A DNA stretch of 64,000 bases from Octopus vulgaris. Its lineage: Eukaryota. Under the pieces are notes generated by a model. The model searched no databases. It saw only the letters and a program-made list of their open reading frames with translations, and was not told the origin of the DNA. Position 1 is the first letter of the stretch, and each line of letters begins with the position of its first letter. This document shows positions 27,680 through 41,236 of the stretch, piece by piece. Position numbers and translations under genes: made by a program. The stretch lies in NCBI GenBank assembly GCA_951406725.2, contig OX597831.1:20460001-20524000 (forward strand), written 5' to 3'.

Positions 27680-29309
27680 TTGTGTGTGTGTTTGTGTGTG
27701 TGTGCATGTGTTGTGAGTGTATGTGTGTGTGTGTGTTTGTGTGTGCATGTGTTGTGAGTGTATGTGTGTGTGAGTGTGTGTGTTTGTGTGTGTGTATTTT
27801 GTGTGTGTGTGTGTGTGTGTTTGTGTGTGTGTATTCAAAGCTTTGAAGATATACGGTCGGCTCACATGGTTGATGGTCAGCGACCATGTGAGACCTAGTG
27901 TGTTGTGTATGTTTATTCAATGATCTTGAGTGGACGATCAATTGATACGTACGTGACAGAGCATAGGCTATTGTTGGTGTTTAGCCCCAGGTTAGCTCAT
28001 TATCAAGCAAGAGCTATGATCAATAACGCTCCAGTTTTCACCATAATCATCGTTTTCTTTTTCTTTTTAGACATAGTGTCTCTTGGACTAAATTTTCCTA
28101 CATCACAATCACAAGACGATATGTTGTGATTAAGATGAATTTGTCTATTTCTGGCGAGTTATGTGAACGTCTCCTGGTTCCGTTGTTAACCCTGAAATAA
28201 TGTGTTTGGACTGTACATGAGTATTAATGATTAAAAGAAGACACAAAATGGCTGATGTTCATCTTACATAAAATATAAAACTTTATGTTTTTTAAATCTG
28301 TGCTTACAAGATCATTGGAAGACACAATATGTCTGGTGATAGTTTAAGATGTCTCTATGAGTCACGTGTGCGTTGTATATACAGATGTGTATATGTGTGT
28401 ATGTCTGTCTGTCTGTATAAATATATGGGTGTATGTATCTATATCTATCTATATATATATATATATGTATGTATGTATATATGTATGTATGAATATATGT
28501 ATGTATGGGTGTGCGTAATTATTATGCATCTATATACGGCTGTGCGTATGGATAAATATACGTAATGTATTTATGTGTGTATTTATGCATAAATAAATGT
28601 ATTATATTTCTGTGTGTGTTTATATATGTACTTATGTGCATGACGTCCGTATGTATATATGTCTGTATGTATATAATGATGTGATGTTTAATACATCGGA
28701 AATGCAACAACAGAAACGTTACCAGCTGTTACAAGGGTATGTTATAGTTAACATTTGGTTATTACAATATAAATGAAACATCTCTGACATTTTTATAAAG
28801 TTCTGAAAGCTTCTAGTAGTTGGTAGCCATGTATAGCACTAGCTTATCCCTCTTTGGAATTGTCAGCACGGCATAACCTGAGAGAAATAAATCAAATACA
28901 TTATAATTTCATGGCAGCGAAGTTATCAAATGGTTTCGTGCCAGAAACGGATGAATGAAACAATATGGCTTGAGATCTTCTTCACTTGAGGTCTGAAAGG
29001 CCTGAAAGTGTCACATCCGGTTTATGAATCTTAGGACTGTTTGTTGTGTAAAAAAAAAGACCCCGAATGAAATTCTTGAAATTCAAGGGGACTGAAATAG
29101 GCCTCCCCAGTATACAAGATACATAACTGATCTCTCTCTCTCTCTCTGTTCATCCGTCCGTCCATCCATCCATCCATCCATCCATCCATCCATCCATCCA
29201 TCCATCCATCCATCCATCCATCCATCCACCCAACCATCCATCCATCCATCCGTCCGTCCGTCCATCCATCCGCCCCTCAGTCCGTCCGTCTCTGTTTCTC
29301 TGTCTCTCT

Positions 29310-29545
29310 TTACCTCAATGTGTGCTATGCTCTCTGTTTTCGTCCCACCCTCGCTTCTTGACAAAAGGTGTTGGTTTGTTTACGACACAGTAACTCAGCA
29401 ACTTGGCGAAAGGGAACTATAGAATAAATTCCAGGCTTAAAAATAAGTCCTGGGGTTGATTTGTTCGGTTAAACCTTACAAGTCGGTGCCCAAACATGAT
29501 CGCAGTTCAACGTCTGAAACAAACGAATAGAAATGATAAAAGATC
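29310..29545 (+). mobile_element. Diverged SINE family A, 3' half
   Basis: AATAAGTCCTGGGGTTGATTTGTTCG...CTGAAACAA tail. Confidence 0.65.
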
Positions 29546-29811
29546 TCCCTCTTCTTCTTCTCACTCCCCCTTTCTCTGTCTCTCTCTCTTTCTTTGTCTC
29601 TCTCTCTGTGTCTTAATACACACACACACACGCGCGCGCGCAGCAAATGAAATACAAACTATTTTAATATAGTAGCGAAGGTATAACACGCAGGGTTGTA
29701 TTCGATGATTTCTTACGTAGGCCCAAGGTGTAGGATTTAGGGGCTGTGTATAACCTATTTAGGGGTCACTACATAACGTATTTAAGGGGCAATATTTAAC
29801 CTAGGTTAAAC

Positions 29812-29856
<45 letters not shown>

Positions 29857-29986
29857 TATAATTATATACATACATATATACATATACATACATATATATA
29901 CATATACATATATACTTACATATATATGACTATATATGTACATTCATATATATGAGAAAATATATATACATAATATATATATATGA

Positions 29987-30029
<43 letters not shown>

Positions 30030-30033
<4 letters not shown>

Positions 30034-30247
30034 TAATCCAAACATGAAAACACAAAGAGAAAACACAACAACGCGAGGACGTGGAACAAACATAGTATTA
30101 TTGGGCGCTCAGGAAGGAAGGGAAGAAGGAGGGCTTAACGTTTCGAGCGGAGCTCTTCGTCAGAAACATAGGAAAAGGAAAGATCCAGCGAAGGGAAGAC
30201 GGAGGAAAAAAAATCGCCAACGGTACACACGCGATCACATTTTGAAT
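30030..30247 (-). mobile_element. Family F2 (TA)n-associated element with intact minimal hammerhead at 30134-30167
   Basis: GTTT-CTGACGA-AGAGC-TCC-GCTC-GAAAC-GTT-AAGC; homologous to 46126-46318. Confidence 0.75.
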
Positions 30248-30339
30248 GTATATATATGTACATTTATATATATAGATTAAACACTTGCACGCTAAAGAGC
30301 CGTTGTCTCATCAGACATTGTAGCTGCTCTTACAGGTGT

Positions 30340-31110
30340 TTTGGTTTCTGACACGACAACACCAGAGATTCCCGGGGCAACCCACCAATGTAGGCGACAA
30401 AAATCCCGCAGTACAACACATGTTTCGTTGAGCTAGATATTTGCGTCTCTAGACCAGATGTTTCTACCATCCTCAACGCTTGTTCATGCTGCTTTACTCA
30501 TTTTCACTTTCTTGAGTCAGATTTAATCACTTGCTTTCTTAGCGGCTTCCGACAATTTTCTGGCAACATCTACCTTCTTCACAACTGTCCCAAAACTTCA
30601 GAGCATTGACTTAACCCTGCTTCTACCGAATTCTGTAAACCTTGTTTCAACAGGAAAACATATTGCTTCCTATCCAGTACTTTATCCAGAGCTACCCGGG
30701 GCTACCCGCCTTGTCGGCGATAAAACTCCCGCACTACACCACGTACGAGCTTCGTTGAGCTAGATGTTGCTACTCTAGGCAAGATGTTTCTACCATGCTC
30801 AGTATTTGTTCTTACTTCACGAACCGTCCTCTTTTCTCTCTCTTGTGGCAGATATAATGGATTGCTTTCTCAGGGGCTTCCAATAGTTTTCTGGTAACAT
30901 CTCTTTCCTTCGCAGTTGGCCCAAGACACTTAAGCATCGAGCGAATCCTGGTTCCAACAAATCCTCTAACACCCATTCTATTGCTGCCCACCTATTTCTT
31001 TGACAGAGTTCAACAAACTCACCGTATTTTCTGTCTTCCTTGAGAAAAGCATCTTCGATGCCTTCACTTGAGTGGTATTTATTCAAAACGTCTAAATAAC
31101 GACGACAAGC
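30340..31110 (-). mobile_element. Two tandem diverged 3' fragments of an RLE-type (HERO-like) non-LTR retrotransposon
   Basis: EGIEDAFLKEDRKYGEFVELCQRNRWAA and G*EAICFPVET..VARKLSEAAKKAS resemble the restriction-like endonuclease C-terminus; shared 3' UTR-like sequence. Confidence 0.65.
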
Positions 31111-31609
31111 AGTTTGGTTCCTAACCAGCGGTGGCGGGGGTGTTGGGGGAACCACAACTTACAGACATTTATAACAGAAATCAGAGAAATGTTGTTTTGT
31201 TAGAGAAGTTGGGGGAAAAAAAACAACTTAAATTAACTTATTATTTAAATAAGTTTCTAAGTGATGATGCGCTGATGCTAGTGGCGGTAGTGGTAGTACA
31301 AGCTGAGCGGTAATACTGCTTGTAACAGTAGCAGTAGTCTTAATGATAAAAATGATGATGATGATGATGATGATGATGATAAAAGTAATGTGAATGATGA
31401 TAAAATGATAAAAGTAGGAATTGATATAACAGCCTATAATCTCTGTTCACTCTTCTTCTTCCCTGCTTCTTCCTCAGAATCATTTCTCTCTTAAATCCTT
31501 GATAGTAAATAACACGCATACACACGCATACACACGCATACACACACAAAAACACATGTGTATGTATATGTCTAAATATATGCACACATATACATTAATA
31601 CTCATATAT

Positions 31610-31652
<43 letters not shown>

Positions 31653-31717
31653 TCATATATATGCATGTACATATATAGTCATATGTATGTATATGTGTAT
31701 ATGTATATATATATATG

Positions 31718-31768
<51 letters not shown>

Positions 31769-31779
31769 GTATATATATG

Positions 31780-31810
<31 letters not shown>

Positions 31811-32032
31811 GTATATATATATATATATATATAAATGTATGTGTATATGAGTGTATAAGTATGAATGCAGACACGTATATACAGATATCTTAGTTCTTAT
31901 GACATGATGACATGATGAAAACAGTGATTACATAACCAGATACCTACAAGGATTATATAAATTTACACCCCACCCAACGTCACACACTCACACACACACG
32001 CGTGCGCGCGCACACATGCACACACGTATACA

Positions 32033-32072
<40 letters not shown>

Positions 32073-32145
32073 CCTCTCAATATGTATATGTATGTAAAAT
32101 ATATATACTATTCTATATACATAATAATGTGTACATTATATACAC

Positions 32146-32215
<70 letters not shown>

Positions 32216-32221
32216 TGTGTG

Positions 32222-32253
<32 letters not shown>

Positions 32254-32315
32254 TTATAAAAACATATGGATACACACGCAAGCTTTACGTACATACAGTC
32301 ATACACACACACACA

Positions 32316-32365
<50 letters not shown>

Positions 32366-32635
32366 AATGTATGTATGTATATACACACAATTTAGGAAGA
32401 CTTACGACGTAGGTGCTAACCTTCTTAACACGCCGAAAACCTTCACCAACGCCTTTTGTATATATATATATAAGTTCGCATGTGTATTGATAGGATGACA
32501 CGAAAGACTATCAAGATAATCTTGATACACATACACACGCGCACACACACACACACACACACATGAATGTGTGTGCGTGTGTGTTTGTGTATGGATGTAT
32601 TTATGTATCTATGTATGTATATATATATATATACG

Positions 32636-32666
<31 letters not shown>

Positions 32667-32716
32667 GTATATGTATATACATATATATAAATGTATATAT
32701 ATATATATATACATAC

Positions 32717-32748
<32 letters not shown>

Positions 32749-32806
32749 GCATATATATATATATATATATATAAATATAAATATGTATATATATACATAC
32801 ATACAT

Positions 32807-32864
<58 letters not shown>

Positions 32865-33061
32865 GCATGCATGGCACCTAAAAAAGTTGTTCCTCAGAAT
32901 GGAAATGTCAGTAAATTTCTAAAGATTCCTGAAATGATAAATCTTCTTCATTTCTGTTTCCAGACGAGATATGGAATAAGAAAACAAAAATCAGTAACTG
33001 GAAAAAGGAAAAATGGAAAAATGAAAAATGAACAGAAATCATAAATAAATATGATTACATA

Positions 33062-33146
33062 ATCAGCATCATCGTCGTAGTCGTCATCACCACCACCACC
33101 ACCACCACCACCACCACCACCACCACCACCACCACTAACCCCCATT

Positions 33147-33183
<37 letters not shown>

Positions 33184-33555
33184 CCGCCTTCATTAAGATC
33201 AAAATGATGATGTAATGATAATGCCGATTGCTATGATGATGATGATCATCCTCATCATCATCAGCATACTTATCATCATCATCTTCATCACCATCATCCT
33301 TAATGTCATCATCGTTATTAAGATCAGAATGATGATGAAGATGATAATGATGGTGATGATGATGATGATGATCATCATCATCATCATCGTTATCCTCATC
33401 ACCATCATCACCATCATCACCATCATCATCATCATCATCATCATCATCACCACCACCACCATCATGATCATCATGATCATCATGATCATCATGATCATCA
33501 TCACCACCACCACCACCACCACCACCACCACCACCACCACCACCACCTCCACCAC

Positions 33556-33613
<58 letters not shown>

Positions 33614-33640
33614 GTCAGCAGCAGCAGCAGCAGCAGCCAC
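33062..33640. repeat. Compound (ATC)/(ACC)/(GAT)/(AGC) trinucleotide repeats
   Basis: Direct reading; explains ORFs 32948-33949. Confidence 0.95.
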
Positions 33641-34088
33641 GCCAACAAAAATAGCGAAAACAATAACACCTTGAACGGCAGCAGCAGGTGCAAAAGTGGA
33701 AGGGAAATAAACAAAAATAAAATTTGCAGCGGGAGAAAAATATCATTGATAATGATATCAATAATAATATTTACGACGACGACAACGACGACGATGATGA
33801 TGATGGTGATGGTGATGTTGATGATGATGATGATGGGGCTTATGAATATGATTAATTACTCTGAAGGAGGATACAAATATGGACGCGAGTTGTGTTTACG
33901 TTTACACTTACGTGTGTTCCTGCGAATATACATTAAGTTGACGCACTAATTCTTGTCAAACCCACCCACACGGATAAACAAACCCACAAAACCCACACGT
34001 ATATATTTGTGTGTGTGTGTGTAATTATATATACACGTTTGTGTGTGTTTATATATATATATATATTCATATATATGTATTTATATAT

Positions 34089-34123
<35 letters not shown>

Positions 34124-34214
34124 ATATATATATATATATATATATTGTTATATTTCGGAATGGTCATATTGCCAGTTTGGCCAATAAAAAATCTTGCACA
34201 ACAAATATTTAAAC

Positions 34215-34277
<63 letters not shown>

Positions 34278-34291
34278 TAAATATATATATA

Positions 34292-34482
34292 GGGAGAATT
34301 CACAAAAAATAAAACAAAAGACGAAGACAGGTGGTGTAGACAACAAACATGTATTGGTATTAGTATAACTCTCCGAAAGTGAAAAAGTCTAACATTTCGA
34401 GCCTACGCTCTTCCACGGAAAGGAACACAGAGAGAAACAAGGAGAGAAAATAACGTGTAGTGGCTAGCGATCTATCATGGCG
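34292..34482 (-). mobile_element. Family F1 element (variant hammerhead at about 34388-34422)
   Basis: CCGTGGA-AGAGC-GTAG-GCTC-GAAAT-GTT; (TA)n on both sides. Confidence 0.72.
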
Positions 34483-34504
34483 AATATATATACATATATA
34501 CATC

Positions 34505-34562
<58 letters not shown>

Positions 34563-34567
<5 letters not shown>

Positions 34568-35090
34568 AAGTGAGATAGGGGTTATGAGTGTAACCCGCTA
34601 TGCGATATCAGTTATCCAATATACTGCCAGTGAAGTACCCAAAAGGCTAAAACATAAATGCTTACAATTTCAATGCAATTAGTTCATTTATTGTATTAGA
34701 TGGGCGAAGGTAAAATGTCTTACCTTGAATTCATAATACAAAGTAAGAAAATGGAGGAATAGATTCCTTTCAATCATCAACTTACAGATAATACCAATTC
34801 ATATAATTTATTAACTAATTAAATAGGTAACTCATTTTTAACTGCATATTACCCCAATTACATTTGACTAATATAGGCACAATGAGATACATTTATCTAC
34901 AGGCTGAAACAGCTGTAAGATCAATTTTATATGTATTATTTTTATGGTATTATCTTACTTATTGATGTATATTGTTTTATTCTGTTGGATTTGGATGTTC
35001 TTATTTAATTAGTTAATAAATTATATGAATTGGTACTATCTGTAAGTTGATGATTGAAAGGAATCTATACCTCCATTTTCTTATTTTGTA
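34563..35090. mobile_element. (TA)n-flanked insert with 89-bp inverted repeat and hammerhead 3' half remnant
   Basis: IR arms 34737-34825 / 35002-35090; GAAAC-AGCT-GTA at about 34907-34918. Confidence 0.6.
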
Positions 35091-35112
35091 TATATATATA
35101 TGTATATATATG

Positions 35113-35223
<111 letters not shown>

Positions 35224-35266
35224 TATTATTATATATATATATATACACACACACACAGACACATAT

Positions 35267-35641
35267 GATAAAGGTGGGTTATTCGCAATTTCCCACCGAA
35301 AGACAGAGAAATAGACGTCACTTAGGTGATTAAGGGTACTAGTTTGCATCAGCATTGCTAGAAATAAGAGTGAAATAACTCTTAGCCACTAGAAAGCATT
35401 TATCTTATGACTGACAAGGAAGGCAAGCTCCCTACAGCATCCGGGGCATAGCCAGATCACCAGTGATTTCGCATTTGATGAATGCTCATCAGTGGCTCTT
35501 ATTCGGCTGCCTAGGGGCAGGCTAGCTCGCCTTCTTCCTTAATAAGATAAGTGCTTTATCGTGGGTAAGAGATGTCTTGACACTTGTTGGTAACAATGCT
35601 GGTGCTAACTAGTTCGCTTAGTCTCATTAGTGACGTCTATA

Positions 35642-35645
<4 letters not shown>
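35267..35645 (-). mobile_element. Rod-folding retrozyme-like element
   Basis: Long imperfect self-complementarity from 35311 to 35640 with a canonical hammerhead in the central region. Confidence 0.7.
35451..35496 (-). ncRNA. Canonical type I hammerhead ribozyme
   Basis: GCCA-CTGATGA-GCATT-CATCA-AATGC-GAAA-TCA-CTGG-TGA-TC-TGGC; all three stems and the core are intact; AUC cleavage triplet. Confidence 0.88.
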
Positions 35646-35714
<69 letters not shown>

Positions 35715-35716
<2 letters not shown>

Positions 35717-35888
35717 GAGAATTCACAAAAAAAAGCAAAAGACGAAGACAGGTGGTGTAGACAACAAACAGTTGTATTAGTATAACGCTCGGGAAGGGAA
35801 AAAGTCTTTAAGGTTTCGAGCCTACGCTCTTCCACGAAACAAGGACAGAAAATAAAGAATGTGTAGTGGCTAGCGATCTATCATGGCA
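35715..35888 (-). mobile_element. Family F1 element (decayed hammerhead)
   Basis: Homologous to 34292-34482. Confidence 0.72.
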
Positions 35889-36038
35889 ATATATATATAT
35901 GTATGTATATATGTATGTATGCATGTATGTATGTATGTATGTATGTATGTATGTATGTATGTATGTATGTATGTATGTATGTATGTATACTTGCACTATG
36001 TACGTTTATATGTATATGTACATGTATATATATATATA

Positions 36039-36084
<46 letters not shown>

Positions 36085-36336
36085 CACACATACACACACA
36101 CTCACACATATATATGTATATATGTATGCATTTAGTTTCTTTAAATTCTTTAAATTATATCAGCTTTAAAGCTGCTGTCATACTGGGGCATCACCGTTAT
36201 GCTGTAAAATCCCATATCAAGGAAACACCACCTTCCCACGTCGTCTCTAAACATGAGCGGTAGTCTCACAGCCTCTCCAAATGTTGAACCACGTTATCGT
36301 CAGAGATCTTTCCTAATGAAAACACATCCTTAATAC

Positions 36337-36534
36337 CTATTTCTTTACTACCCTCAAGGGGCTAAACATAGAGAGGACAAACAAGGACAGACAAACGGAC
36401 TGGTACTTATTTAATCGACCCCGAAAGGATGAAAGGCAAAGCCGACCTCGGCGGAATCTGAACTCAGAACGTAGCAGCAGACGAAATACGGCTACGCATT
36501 TCGCCCGAACGGCTAACGTTTCTGCCAGCTCGCA
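36337..36534 (-). mobile_element. SINE family B (internally deleted) with TSD
   Basis: CATCCTTAATA on both flanks; minus-strand target reads GGTATTAAGGATG. Confidence 0.85.
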
Positions 36535-36689
36535 TCCTTAATAACGTTAGAACCACATCCCAGCGTGTAGACTTTCTGGATAAATTCAGAACATATTTCA
36601 AGCCCCAAGAGTTGTAGACCTACTGCGAGGCTTAAGTGAGGTTTACAATCCGTTATTACTTCCATTTCTCTTACGGTTCTGCTGTTACA

Positions 36690-37000
36690 CATATTAATGG
36701 ATGCACTCCTGCCTTTAGTAAACAGACATGCTGTATCCTCTATTTGTCATATTTATCGTATAATAATGGCATTTGATCCTCAGAACTATCTGGCCTTAAA
36801 CGTCCATCAATCATACATTTCTGACCATCGGTTTCTCTCTCTTTCGTCAGCTTTGTCGCTTTCCCTCTCCCCGGTGAATACAAACTACTATGCTCCGCCA
36901 TTCTTCCTCAGGGTAGCAGCATTCTGGTATCTTTTCCCTCATGTTCTTCTTGCAGATGTTGACCTGCATTAGACTAAACGGAAGGATCAGGGCTACTGAT
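36690..37000 (+). mobile_element. Highly decayed Jockey/CR1-group LINE ORF2 C-terminus
   Basis: LLPLVNRHAVSSICHIYR..YYAPPFFLRVAAFWYLFP resembles LxxRRxVAS..FYR..SFFPRTxxLWNxLP. Confidence 0.5.
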
Positions 37001-37024
37001 CCTTCCTCATATATAGACATTACA

Positions 37025-37103
<79 letters not shown>

Positions 37104-37105
37104 AA

Positions 37106-37248
<143 letters not shown>

Positions 37249-37249
37249 G

Positions 37250-37417
37250 AGGGAGAAATCACAAAAAAATCCCCAAAAAAACAGAAGACGAAGGCAGGTG
37301 GTGTAGACATCAAACAGATGTATTAGTACAACGCTCGGGAAGGGGAAAAGTCTTTAACGTTTCGAGCCTACGCTTTTCCACAGAAAGGAACACAGAAAGA
37401 AACAAGGAGAGAAAAAA

Positions 37418-37418
<1 letters not shown>
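37250..37418 (-). mobile_element. Family F1 element in (TATC)n (variant hammerhead at 37352-37387)
   Basis: CTTT-CTGTGGA-AAAGC-GTAG-GCTC-GAAAC-GTT-AAAG. Confidence 0.72.
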
Positions 37419-37501
<83 letters not shown>

Positions 37502-37622
37502 GCATGCCTGTCTTCTACCAACCTATCTATCTGCCTGTCTGTCTTTCTGTTTGTCTCTCTGTCTGCCTGTCTCCCCCTTCAGTCTATCTGTCTGTATGTC
37601 TGTCTTCCCCACTCTCTCTCTC

Positions 37623-37674
<52 letters not shown>

Positions 37675-38371
37675 TATATATACATACATATTTACATATA
37701 CTTATATTATTCCTGAGGACAAGTGTGACGCCATTCTAAATCTATAATAACGCCAATCTATTTTAACGAGGAAGAATAAGAATATTAAATAAAGATGATC
37801 GCTACCAAGGTACAATTTGGTTTGCTCTAAGAACTCGCTCTTCATAGTAATATCGGAGTGTTAAAACGGATGAGTTATGTATGTGTGCATTGATAAAAGA
37901 AAGGGAATGGCGAGATATATTATTTGAAGGAAGTGGATTTTGATTGGTTCTTTGGTGAAAGGGAGAGGCGTGCTATAACAGCTGAATGGTTTGTTTTCTT
38001 CTATGTTGTTATTTAGGTGAAGTTCATAGTGTGTGTGGAACCGAATTTAAAATTTTGTAAAATTTAAGAAGACATAATTAAAGATTCTAAAAAGATTAAA
38101 AGATTTATAAATCAATAATTCTTGTTGTTTAAACGGTGAATTTATAGGAACACAAAATTTTGGTAAAAGTGCTAGCTCGCTGAGTCGATGAACGATCGGG
38201 GGAAAAAATGTCATGTGACATTTGTTCCAACTCTTTGCGTTCATTAGAAGCCAACTTTGTCTTTCATTCTTTTGGCATCGATAAAAAATATACCAGCCAA
38301 ATACTAGAGCCGACGTAATCAACTTCTCCACTTCCCTCAAAAACTGCTGGCCCTGGGCCAAAATTTGAAAC

Positions 38372-38456
<85 letters not shown>

Positions 38457-38772
38457 GCCTTTGCACAGCTTCTAACGCTGGAGATGTACTACAGTGTCAG
38501 CTGTTCACTACCAGTGAACTAAGGGAACACCGCTTATTTTTCGAGCACCTTCTGGAGTATTCGAGCGGTTCCAAGCAGTGCTGTTTTCTGCAAGTGCTCC
38601 ACCCTTATTGTAGCGCTTATTTGTTCCACGTACTTCTCGAGATCTCCACTCAGTTCCCAGGATTCCGACAATTATTGGTACTACTGCTACTTTTTTCATC
38701 GACCACAACTGCTTAACTTCCCTAGCTAACCTGTCATATTTCTCGGCTTTTCTTTCTTCCTTATTGCACACC
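38457..38772 (-). mobile_element. R4/Dong-like LINE 3' end inserted in (TAA)n
   Basis: KEERKAEKYDRLAREVKQLWSMKKVAVVPIIVGILGT..LQKTALLGTARILQKVL; flanked by (TAA)n, the known Dong target. Confidence 0.88.
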
Positions 38773-38803
<31 letters not shown>

Positions 38804-38885
38804 TTTTTTTTTCCTCTTTCAAATTTGCTTCCATTTCTTGCCGAGTGTCTTCAAGAAATGGAAGCAAATTTGAAAGGAGAAAAAA

Positions 38886-38951
<66 letters not shown>

Positions 38952-38989
38952 TGCGATAAGGAAGAAAGAAAAGCCGAGAAATATGACAG

Positions 38990-39071
<82 letters not shown>

Positions 39072-39482
39072 GACTTTTGGTAATTTTAGATAAACTTTGC
39101 GTTTCGGCGAAAGGAAAACCTATACAATAAAGTACAGGGTTTAAAAGAAAAAAATAAGTACGGGAGTCGATTCATTCGGCTCAAATTCTTCAAGGTGGTG
39201 CCTCAGTATAGCCGCTGTCTTATGAATGAAGCAAGTAAAAGATAAAGCATAACATACAAATGAGTTATCTGGGTATTCCTACAGTTGTTTCGTTAAGAGT
39301 GTTTATTGAGTCGTAAGTATATTACAGGCAGGTATGCTGTATGCACACCATCCATATGATTGCATAATATGTTAAGCAACTCTCAACTCATGACGCTAGC
39401 CAAATAAATAAGCGAGGAATTGATATGTTAATTAAGCAACAGATCATCACACACACATACACACACATGTATATATACATAC

Positions 39483-39537
<55 letters not shown>

Positions 39538-39548
39538 TACACACACAA

Positions 39549-39607
<59 letters not shown>

Positions 39608-40055
39608 CGCACATACACATATACATACATGTATATATCTATATATACATAGATATTTATATACGTGTTTGTATATATGCAGAAGAGAAGAAGGTGGGAA
39701 ATGAGGAGAGAATGAGAGAGTCTGGCATTTAAGCGTCTTATGCCAGATAGTATGTAATACATGCGACGATTCATTCTCCATACTTGATAAATATAAATAG
39801 TACTGAATAAAGATAACGGCTCCTCAATGGAAATGGTAGAGATTCTGAATTCTTGATAGAAATTCCTCGCGACGATGGTAATGACGATGACGACGATGAC
39901 GATGATAATGATGATGATGACGACGACGACGACTTCGAGCATAACTGTCATCATGCACCAAATGTCTAACTCGACATAGAAGACTAAGAAATAAAAAATA
40001 GCAATACAAACAGAAGATACAAGATGGGTACAGGCATACACACAGTCATATATAC

Positions 40056-40104
<49 letters not shown>

Positions 40105-40113
<9 letters not shown>

Positions 40114-40288
40114 TTTTCTCTCTCCTTGTTTCTTTCTGTGTTTCTTTTCTGTGTATCTTTCCGTTGAAGAGCGTAGGCTCGAAACGTAAAAGACTTGTTT
40201 TATTTATATTCCTGAGCGCCATACTAATACAATTGTTTGTTTGTATTCCACCTGCCTTCGTCTTTTGTTTATTTTCATAAAGCCTCCC
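40105..40288 (+). mobile_element. Family F1 element (variant hammerhead at 40157-40192)
   Basis: CTTT-CCGTTGA-AGAGC-GTAG-GCTC-GAAAC-GTA-AAAG; (TA)n on both sides. Confidence 0.75.
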
Positions 40289-40328
40289 TATATATATATA
40301 TATATATATATAGGTATGTATATATATG

Positions 40329-40368
<40 letters not shown>

Positions 40369-40540
40369 ATAAATATTAGGGAATGAATCCAAAATTACAG
40401 GGAAAAATCAGATTTAGGGTTAAATCCAATTTTATAGTAAAATATTATATAATATAATTCGAGACAAAACCACTATTTTAAGACCAAACAAGGAAAGACT
40501 TAATCAATACATAAAATTTTAATATAAATTAAATAAACCG

Positions 40541-40584
40541 CCACTACAAATGTTTCATGTCTGCTACCGACAATCTTCAGGTGG
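40541..40584 (-). ncRNA. Type I hammerhead motif (intact core)
   Basis: CCAC-CTGAAGA-TTGTC-GGTAGCA-GACAT-GAAAC-ATTT-GTA-GTGG. Confidence 0.8.
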
Positions 40585-41039
40585 ATTTTCGATCTAAAAA
40601 TATCAATATTTTAAAATATAATTTAAAATAATTTAAAATAATAAAATAATAAAATTATCAATGAAAGAATATAAAAAAATAAAAATATAATCTATATATA
40701 ATCTATATATAATCTATATATAATCAATATATAATCTAAAATAATCTAAAATAAACCCTATAAATAATTGAATATAAAAACCTATTATAAAAGTTCTCAT
40801 ATTTAAAAATGTACAAAAACCAAAAATCAACAAGCAAAAAACAAAAAACAAAAACCAAAAAACCAAAAAACAAAAAACAAAAAACAAAAAATAAACTATA
40901 TATACACACACATGCTCATACACTCAACACATTACTTATTCATACTTCCTCACACACACATACAACACTCAATTCCTTGTTTGGTCTTAAAATAGTGGTT
41001 TTGTCTCGAATTATATTATATATATATATATATATATTA

Positions 41040-41133
<94 letters not shown>

Positions 41134-41236
41134 ATACTTATACACATATACAAACACACACACATTTATACACATATACAAACACACACACACACTTATA
41201 CACATATACAAACAAACACACGCACATGTATATATA

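Noticed and set aside
29735-29790. Scattered TTAGGG hexamers
   Set aside because: Too few and not tandem; not an interstitial telomere.
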